DNA of 32,000 bases, taken from Akkermansia muciniphila ATCC BAA-835 (lineage in GTDB: Bacteria > Verrucomicrobiota > Verrucomicrobiia > Verrucomicrobiales > Akkermansiaceae). The translations under genes and the position numbers were made by a program. Below the pieces are notes generated by a model, which was given only the letters and a program-made list of their open reading frames with translations, had not been told where the DNA came from and searched no databases. Positions 25,960 to 32,000 of the stretch are shown here, one piece after another. Numbering within the stretch: the stretch's first letter is position 1; the number at the start of each line of letters is the position of its first letter. The stretch is from the NCBI RefSeq assembly GCF_000020225.1, contig NC_010655.1:1800001-1832000 (forward strand), in the 5' to 3' direction.

Positions 25960-26049
25960 GCCTGTATCCGGGAAACCGGGGAGGGCGGAACGTCCGCTGT
26001 TGCTTTTTGCCTGGAGCGTTCCTGCCATTAATTGTTCTGTAGTTGCCAT

Positions 26050-26790
26050 ATGTTGGGTTTCACAAATATCGTCGGCAATTTATCCCCTCTGCCGGAATTA
26101 GTGCTGTGGCGCGATCCTGTCGCCAGAAGCGGGGAGGAAGCCATGGCCGTGGACGAAGCTCTGCTGGAATGGGGCAGGAAGCCTGTGCTGAGGGCGTACC
26201 GCTGGGCGGAACCGACCGTGACTTACGGTTATTTTGATGAGGAGGCCACGGCGCGCGCCATTTTCCCGGGTGAGGAGCTTCATTTTGTCCGCCGCTGGAC
26301 AGGGGGGGGGATTGTAGACCATCGGCAGGATATTCCCTTTACGCTGGCCATGCACCGCAAGGGAGAAAAAGAGCGTCCTTCCAGCGCGGTTTTGTACCGT
26401 TGGATTCATGGGGCGCTGGCCCGCGTCCTGAGGGATTGCGACGTGGAGTGCGTGATGCTGGACGGGGATGCCCCGGACGGAGGGCGGGCCTGTTTTTCCA
26501 GCCCCGTAACGAGTGATCTTGTCCTTCCCGGCGGGGAAAAACTGGCTGGCGGCGGCCAGAGAAGAGTCCGCGGAGGCGTTCTTCACCAGGGGAGCATCCA
26601 GAATTGTCTTCTCCCTTCCGGATGGGATGAATTGCTGGCCGCCCGCCTGGCGGAAAAGCATTCCCTGTGCGTGGACGCGGAATTGTTCCCCGGCATGAAT
26701 GCCCGCGTGGAGGAACTGCTGGCTTCCAAATACCGTACGGAAGCATGGCGTTCCGGCGTACGGCATGGGCGTCCGTCTCAGCCACGGTAA
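26050..26790 (+). CDS. biotin/lipoate A/B protein ligase family protein (LplA/LipB-like)
   Basis: RRWTGGGIVDH and EKLAGGGQRRVRGGVLHQGSI resemble the RRxSGGGAVxHD and KxxGsAQrr motifs of lipoate-protein ligases. The track start is 26032, and I prefer ATG 26050. Confidence 0.7.
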   Translation: MLGFTNIVGNLSPLPELVLWRDPVARSGEEAMAVDEALLEWGRKPVLRAYRWAEPTVTYGYFDEEATARAIFPGEELHFVRRWTGGGIVDHRQDIPFTLAMHRKGEKERPSSAVLYRWIHGALARVLRDCDVECVMLDGDAPDGGRACFSSPVTSDLVLPGGEKLAGGGQRRVRGGVLHQGSIQNCLLPSGWDELLAARLAEKHSLCVDAELFPGMNARVEELLASKYRTEAWRSGVRHGRPSQPR

Positions 26791-26813
26791 TTCCCCCCCC
26801 TTTTTTCTTTCCG

Positions 26814-27803
26814 ATGAATTATCTTCCAGATCCCGGCCGCTATAGCCACGCAGCCTACCGCCGCTGCGGGCGCAGCGGGCTGCTGCTTCCTCCCGTTTCC
26901 TTGGGGCTTTGGCATAATTTTGGCGCTGCGGATGATTTTGAGAACGCCCGTCGGCTTATTCACGGCGCGTTTGATGCCGGTATCACGTATTTTGACCTGG
27001 CGAATAATTACGGACCTCCTCCCGGTTCGGCGGAAGAATGCTTTGGCCGTATTTTCATGCAGGATTTGTCCCGTTTCCGTGATGAACTTGTTATTGCAAC
27101 CAAGGCGGGGCATCTGATGTGGCCCGGCCCGTATGGGGATTGGGGATCCCGCAAACACATGCTTGCCAGCCTGGACCAGTCCCTTTCCCGCATGAAGCTG
27201 GATTATGTGGATATTTTCTACGCGCACCGGCATGATCCGGAAACTCCCCTTGAAGAAACGGCGGGAGCCCTTGTTACGGCGGTTCGCTCCGGAAAGGCCC
27301 TGTATGCCGGTATTTCCAAGTTCCCGGCGGAACAGGCCAGGCAGATGTGCTCCATGCTTGGGGAGGCCGGCGTTCCGTGCCTGGTGCATCAGATCCGGTA
27401 CAATATGTTTAATCGGGAACCGGAGAAATCCGTTTTTCAGGCTGTTCGGGAAACGGGTACCGGGTGCGCCGCTTTCTCTCCCCTGGCCCAGGGGATGTTG
27501 ACGGACCGTTATCTGGAAGGCATTCCCGAAGATTCCCGCGCGGCGGGTTCCTCCGTCTTTTTAACAAAGGAGCGGGTTCTTCAGCATGGGGATAAAATTC
27601 GCCGCCTGGCCGCCCTGGCCCGGAGCCGGGGCCAGAGCCTTGCCCAGATGGCTCTGGCCTGGGTGCTGAAAGATCCCGTAGTGACCACGGCCCTGATTGG
27701 AGCCAGCCGCCCCTCGCAAATCAGGGATTGCCTGAAAGCACTGGATAGTGCGCCGTTTACGCCGGAGGAGCTCTCTCTGATTGACGCAGATGCGGATAGA
27801 TAG
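26814..27803 (+). CDS. gpr: L-glyceraldehyde-3-phosphate reductase-type aldo/keto reductase (YghZ/Gpr-like)
   Basis: From ATG 26814 the sequence is YRRCGRSGLLLPPVSLGLWHNFG, DLANNYGPPPGSAEECFGR, ATKAGHLMWPGPYGDWGSRKHMLASLDQSL, YVDIFYAHRHDPETPLEET, SGKALYAGIS. It is close to collinear with E. coli Gpr as I remember it. The upstream 49 codons of the track ORF overlap the preceding gene and look spurious. Confidence 0.9.
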   Translation: MNYLPDPGRYSHAAYRRCGRSGLLLPPVSLGLWHNFGAADDFENARRLIHGAFDAGITYFDLANNYGPPPGSAEECFGRIFMQDLSRFRDELVIATKAGHLMWPGPYGDWGSRKHMLASLDQSLSRMKLDYVDIFYAHRHDPETPLEETAGALVTAVRSGKALYAGISKFPAEQARQMCSMLGEAGVPCLVHQIRYNMFNREPEKSVFQAVRETGTGCAAFSPLAQGMLTDRYLEGIPEDSRAAGSSVFLTKERVLQHGDKIRRLAALARSRGQSLAQMALAWVLKDPVVTTALIGASRPSQIRDCLKALDSAPFTPEELSLIDADADR

Positions 27804-27850
27804 GCGCTGTTTTTCCCGTGGTGCTGGTCTTTCTGCTGGAAGGGGCATTT

Positions 27851-27873
27851 CCTGTTCCGGACACAGGTTTTTT
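27851..27873 (+). terminator. weak rho-independent terminator after gpr
   Basis: CCTGT (27851-27855) pairs with ACAGG (27863-27867), followed by T6 (27868-27873). The stem is only 5 bp. Confidence 0.35.
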
Positions 27874-27874
27874 C

Positions 27875-27903
27875 TTGGAGTAAAGTAGAGCTGGTGTTAT
27901 GTT
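27875..27903 (+). promoter_or_regulatory. candidate sigma-70-like promoter for the pyrophosphatase gene
   Basis: TTGGAG (27875-27880), a 17-nt spacer, then TATGTT (27898-27903), about 30 nt upstream of ATG 27934. Pattern match only. Confidence 0.25.
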
Positions 27904-27933
27904 TTTACTACTTTAATTTAAAGTGTACTGACA

Positions 27934-30162
27934 ATGATAACCATCCAGGATTTATTTTGGCTCATCCCATCGGCTTCCGTGCTGGCCCTCATTTTTGCGG
28001 GCATCTTTTTTTACCGCATGAAAGCGCAGGATGAGGGGAACGAGGTCATGAAAATGATCGCCCGGCATGTCCGCAGCGGCGCCATGGCCTACCTGCGGCA
28101 GCAGTATAAGATTGTCGCCATTTTCTTTGTGCTCATTACTGTTGTCTTCGCTTTTCTGGCCTACTGCCTCCACATTCAGAACCCCTGGGTTCCCTTCGCT
28201 TTCATTTCAGGCGGCTTTTTCTCCGGTCTGGCCGGCTACATCGGAATGAAGACGGCTACGTATGCTTCCGGCCGCGTGGCGAATGCCTGCCGCCATTCCC
28301 TGGATGCCGGGCTGCAAATAGCTTTCCGCTCGGGCGCCGTGCTAGGCCTGACCGTCGTGGGCCTTGCCATGCTTGATATCGGTGCCTGGTACTGGGTTCT
28401 GGATTGGTTTTACGGGGACATGGAGCTTTCCATGCGCCTGGTCGTCATTACTACCACCATGCTGACGTTCGGCATGGGGGCTTCCCTCCAGGCGCTGTTT
28501 GCCCGTGTGGGCGGCGGCATTTTTACCAAGGCGGCGGATGTAGGGGCCGACCTGGTGGGGAAGGTGGAGGCCGGCATTCCGGAGGACGACCCCCGCAACC
28601 CAGCCACCATTGCGGATAACGTGGGCGATAACGTGGGGGATGTGGCCGGCATGGGGGCGGACCTTTACGAATCTTACTGCGGTTCCATTCTTGCTTCCGC
28701 CGCTTTGGGTGCGGCAGCTTACATGGCCGTTCCTGAAATGGCGATCAAGGCCGTCCTTACGCCCATGCTGATCGCCGCCCTCGGCACCATTCTTTCCCTG
28801 TTGGGCGTGTACGCGGTGCGCGTGAAGCGCGGCGCTTCCCAAACGGAGCTGATGGCAGCCCTGAACCGCGGCATCAACTTGAGTTCCTTTCTGATTGCCA
28901 TTGCTTCCGCATTCCTGCTCCAGCTCATCGGCCTGGATAACTGGGCCGGCATCTGGGGGGCCATCGTCACCGGCCTGGCGGTGGGCATCGTCATCGGCAA
29001 GAGCACGGAGCATTACACTTCCCATGATTCCTATCCCTGCCGTAAAATCGCCCACAGCGCGAAGACGGGGCCGGCCACCGTCATTATTTCCGGCATCGGC
29101 ATCGGCATGATTTCCACCTGCATTCCCGTAATTACTGTCGTCGTTGGCACTGTGCTGGCTTACGGCCTGGCTTCCGGAGACTGGCATTTCACCGGGGCGG
29201 AAATGAGCAAGGGGCTGTATGGCATCGGCATTGCCGCCGTCGGCATGCTTTCCACGCTGGGCCTGACATTGGCGACGGACGCTTACGGCCCCATTTCCGA
29301 CAACGCCGGGGGTAATGCGGAGATGAGCAAGCTGGACCCGGAAGTGCGCCGCCGCACGGATGCCCTGGATGCCCTGGGCAACACGACCGCCGCCACGGGC
29401 AAGGGATTTGCCATCGGTTCCGCCGCTCTGACGGCATTGGCGCTTCTGGCCTCCTATATTGAAGAATTGAAGATTTCCATCCTTCACTGGAGTGAGGCCA
29501 CGGGCAATACCATTTACAAAATTAATGATGCCGTGAGTGTGGAGGTTTCCAAAATCTCCACTGCTTCCCTGTCTGATTTCATGGGCTATTTCCAGGTAAC
29601 CCTGATGAACCCGAAGGTGCTCATGGGGCTCTTCGTGGGGGCCATGATGTCCTTCATGTTTTGCGGGCTGACCATGAATGCCGTCGGCCGCGCCGCGGAA
29701 AAAATGGTTAAGGAAGTGCGCCGCCAGTTTAAGGAAATCAAGGGAATCCTGACCGGAGAGGCAGAACCGGATTACGTGCGCTGCGTGGAAATTTCCACGG
29801 CGGGAGCGCAGCATGAGATGATCTGGCCGTCCGTACTGGCGGTCATCACCCCCATCTGCATGGGTATCGTTTTCGGTGTTCCCGGCGTGTTCGGCCTGCT
29901 GGCCGGCGGCCTGGCTTCCGGCTTTGTGTTGGCCGTATTCATGGCTAATTCCGGCGGAGCGTGGGACAATGCCAAGAAATATATTGAGCAGGGCCATGTG
30001 GGCGGCAAAGGCTCGGAAAGCCATAAGGCAGCCGTTATCGGCGATACGGTGGGCGACCCCTTCAAGGATACGTCCGGCCCGTCCCTGAACATCCTGATCA
30101 AGCTCATGAGCATGGTGGCTATCGTCACCGCCGGCGTGAATATAGCCGTGACCCTGTTCTAA
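27934..30162 (+). CDS. hppA: membrane-integral pyrophosphatase (ion-translocating, K+-dependent-type signature)
   Basis: 742-aa, ~16-TM ORF with canonical motifs [67 protein letters not shown] and [22 protein letters not shown]. Confidence 0.95.
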   Translation: MITIQDLFWLIPSASVLALIFAGIFFYRMKAQDEGNEVMKMIARHVRSGAMAYLRQQYKIVAIFFVLITVVFAFLAYCLHIQNPWVPFAFISGGFFSGLAGYIGMKTATYASGRVANACRHSLDAGLQIAFRSGAVLGLTVVGLAMLDIGAWYWVLDWFYGDMELSMRLVVITTTMLTFGMGASLQALFARVGGGIFTKAADVGADLVGKVEAGIPEDDPRNPATIADNVGDNVGDVAGMGADLYESYCGSILASAALGAAAYMAVPEMAIKAVLTPMLIAALGTILSLLGVYAVRVKRGASQTELMAALNRGINLSSFLIAIASAFLLQLIGLDNWAGIWGAIVTGLAVGIVIGKSTEHYTSHDSYPCRKIAHSAKTGPATVIISGIGIGMISTCIPVITVVVGTVLAYGLASGDWHFTGAEMSKGLYGIGIAAVGMLSTLGLTLATDAYGPISDNAGGNAEMSKLDPEVRRRTDALDALGNTTAATGKGFAIGSAALTALALLASYIEELKISILHWSEATGNTIYKINDAVSVEVSKISTASLSDFMGYFQVTLMNPKVLMGLFVGAMMSFMFCGLTMNAVGRAAEKMVKEVRRQFKEIKGILTGEAEPDYVRCVEISTAGAQHEMIWPSVLAVITPICMGIVFGVPGVFGLLAGGLASGFVLAVFMANSGGAWDNAKKYIEQGHVGGKGSESHKAAVIGDTVGDPFKDTSGPSLNILIKLMSMVAIVTAGVNIAVTLF

Positions 30163-30190
30163 ACAGAAAGATTCTTTCACGGAAAACGGA

Positions 30191-30225
30191 GGGAGTCCGC
30201 AAGATTGGCGGACTCCCTTTTTTTT
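30191..30225 (+). terminator. strong rho-independent terminator after hppA
   Basis: GGGAGTCCGC (30191-30200) pairs with GCGGACTCCC (30208-30217) around a 7-nt loop, followed by T8 (30218-30225). Confidence 0.9.
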
Positions 30226-30393
30226 CTGGCTGAAGGGAACCGTCCACTGGTGAGCGGTTTTTTAATTTCCGCTTCTTTCAAAGGCTCTCTGAAAGACTGT
30301 TCCTAATAGGGGGGGGAGGGGGTAAGTATGATTTTTTAAATCATATTTTTATTTGTATCAGATTTTATTTTTGTTAGTATAAAAAATAACAAA

Positions 30394-31428
30394 ATGACTG
30401 ACAGAATAGGCCAGCTACCTTTTTCTTCCTTCCGGTTTTTATTCTGCTGTCTGGCAGTTTTTTCCGGAGTTGTTCCCTTGTGGGCTTCGGATGGCCCGGA
30501 TGATGACATGAAGGAGACGGAAGAGGAAGCCTGTGGCCCCCTCCAGATTAAATCTCAGACAGAGTTGTGCTCTGCGGATTATTATATCAAGGGAAGAAGT
30601 GAACAGGACAAGGAAGAAGACAGAAAGAGGAAGGATATAGGCATCGGGGAGAACATCACCTTGCTTCTAATCGGCAAATCCAAGGGAAATATTGAAGAAA
30701 TTACCTGGGATATTAAAGGAGAAGGCTTCCAGCAGACAGATACTAATCCATTCAAAGGTTCACAACAAATTACCCTGACTGCCAAAAAGGATTTAACCAA
30801 AGATGCCCGTGTCACCATTACAGCCAAAACCGGTGAAGACAAAGAAGCTAAAATCACCGTCAATATCAGGATTCCCAAGAAGATAACGAAGGAAAAATAT
30901 GAGGGACACATGGATTTGGGAGATGGCTTTTTCGTCAATACGGCTGATTTTAAAATATCCAAGGGGGAACACGGTGTCTGGGGATTTATTAAAGTGACGC
31001 TTTTTCCTACTGACGTCAGTTTTAAGGGAGTCAAGGTGATTGAGCGGGATGGAGGACTCATGTGGGAAGGAAAGAACGGGACTCCCCCGCGGCCTCAACC
31101 GGAACTGGCAGCCGAGCATGTAACCTGCAACATGGCCGCTCCCATTCAGGATAAAAATAATTTTTATGATATGGTAGGGGATAATCGCAATATTGAGGAA
31201 GTTCTTGAAACGATTCGCCGGTCCAAACATAATCCTCAACAATTTTGGTTTGTATGCAACTTCCATATTCATTGGGGAAAGGGAGGGAAAGGCAGCGAGC
31301 AACAGGATTCCATCTTTTTAGGAACAACTAATCAAAAATATTCTATTGAAGCTTTGGACCAGCGTACGACAAAAACGGTCGTTGAAAAATTCGGGTTCAC
31401 GTTTAAAAGAAACAGCAATGAGGATTAA
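30394..31428 (+). CDS. secreted hypothetical protein, lower G+C than surrounding genes
   Basis: 344-aa ORF with a signal peptide (FRFLFCCLAVFSGVVPLWASDG) and an acidic/Lys-rich, beta-rich body. I recognise no motif. An AT-rich promoter-like region lies upstream. Confidence 0.7.
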   Translation: MTDRIGQLPFSSFRFLFCCLAVFSGVVPLWASDGPDDDMKETEEEACGPLQIKSQTELCSADYYIKGRSEQDKEEDRKRKDIGIGENITLLLIGKSKGNIEEITWDIKGEGFQQTDTNPFKGSQQITLTAKKDLTKDARVTITAKTGEDKEAKITVNIRIPKKITKEKYEGHMDLGDGFFVNTADFKISKGEHGVWGFIKVTLFPTDVSFKGVKVIERDGGLMWEGKNGTPPRPQPELAAEHVTCNMAAPIQDKNNFYDMVGDNRNIEEVLETIRRSKHNPQQFWFVCNFHIHWGKGGKGSEQQDSIFLGTTNQKYSIEALDQRTTKTVVEKFGFTFKRNSNED

Positions 31429-31434
31429 AAAACA

Positions 31435-32000
31435 ATGACCCTGTTACCTCCTTTATGCGCATGTGCCGTCTGCCTAGTAATCGGGAAGGGCAATCAGGCC
31501 TATTCCGATTCTCCCCTGGAGAACCCGGCGTGCATCGACCAGTACAAACAGCCGTCCGCAACCATTCGGGAACTCTCCGGTTTGCTGAAGGACATGCGGC
31601 TCAAATCCTTCTATAACGGGGCCAGGAAACATACGCTCACCTTTAGTTTGGCGACTCGGGATAACATTGATACCGAGCTGAAAGAGAAAATATGGAATTA
31701 TTATCTGGTAGCCTCGGCTCCCCTTTTTACCTACAAAACGTATCGGGAAATCGAGCCGGATGTTGATATGGGCGATGATAGGGCTGATATTCACCGCAAG
31801 TCCGAAGCCTGCCTCCTCATGGAAAAATATATCGGCCTGGTCCGGAAGACGAACAAAATCAAGGAACCCGTTAAAAATCAGATCATCCGGCGCCTGTTTC
31901 TTCCCTATTACGCGCGCATCCTGAAACAGTACAAAAACGCGCAGGAGCCCAATCCCTACCAGAGGGATGCCCAGGGAAATCCCGTCCCTCCCCTTTCCGA
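31435..32000 (+). CDS. hypothetical exported protein, 3'-truncated by the window edge
   Basis: The ORF track omits it, presumably because no stop codon falls inside the window. I translated frame 1 by hand from ATG 31435 (7 nt after the previous stop) and it stays open to nt 32000: MTLLPPLCACAVCLVIGKGNQAYSDSPLENPACIDQYK... It has a hydrophobic Cys-rich N-terminus. It outcompetes the 106-aa antisense ORF at 31474-31794. Confidence 0.55.
   Translation, partial: MTLLPPLCACAVCLVIGKGNQAYSDSPLENPACIDQYKQPSATIRELSGLLKDMRLKSFYNGARKHTLTFSLATRDNIDTELKEKIWNYYLVASAPLFTYKTYREIEPDVDMGDDRADIHRKSEACLLMEKYIGLVRKTNKIKEPVKNQIIRRLFLPYYARILKQYKNAQEPNPYQRDAQGNPVPPLS

Noticed and set aside
28342-30180. 612-aa ORF on the minus strand
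   Set aside because: It is fully antisense to the pyrophosphatase gene, whose plus-strand product has unmistakable family motifs. The antisense translation is Gly/His/Ala/Arg-rich with no motif, the usual artefact of G+C-rich codon bias.
1-32000. CRISPR arrays, rRNA and tRNA genes
   Set aside because: I saw no regularly spaced direct repeats, no rRNA-like conserved blocks and no tRNA T-loop/acceptor patterns in any intergenic region. This is a visual scan only, so tRNAscan-SE or Infernal would be needed for certainty.

Overview
This is a 32-kb stretch of a moderately G+C-rich bacterial chromosome. The conserved genes are a FabD C-terminus, an LptF/LptG-type permease, an OmpA-like protein, an M60-like peptidase, an ECF sigma factor, three prepilin-type pseudopilins, a Gpr/YghZ-type aldo-keto reductase and a membrane pyrophosphatase. 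They look verrucomicrobial and Akkermansia-like, but that is my inference from protein sequence style only, since no search was possible. I support 23 protein-coding genes and see no rRNA, tRNA, CRISPR array, transposase or integrase. The standout is a lower-G+C insertion at about 13.66-23.06 kb. It starts with a 580-bp ORF-free, extremely AT-rich spacer, followed by four same-strand genes with 0-2 nt junctions: an SNF2-family helicase (~1080 aa), a ~200-aa DUF4391-like protein, a beta-class N6-adenine methyltransferase (Type III Mod-like) and a Type III Res-like helicase/PD-(D/E)xK nuclease. Mod plus Res would already form a complete Type III R-M system. The tightly coupled SNF2 and DUF4391 genes make this a four-component, helicase-augmented R-M-like defence module that matches no named architecture I know (not DISARM, not BREX). 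The central target-recognition part of mod is a sharply AT-richer block, which suggests a specificity-domain swap. An exact 11-nt direct repeat brackets the operon. Secondary observations: a membrane-anchored M60-like peptidase on a long E/R/K-rich helical stalk, an ECF sigma followed by a PAS-PP2C phosphatase with no anti-sigma, an alpha/beta-hydrolase-fold protein with GxGxG in place of GxSxG, and a G9 run inside the lipoate-ligase-like gene. There are also several G/C homopolymer tracts in intergenic spacers, a pyrophosphatase with the K+-dependent GNTTAA signature, and a second low-G+C segment with two unknown secreted proteins at the 3' end. All calls rest on reading the sequence and on remembered family motifs. 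None has been verified by a database search.
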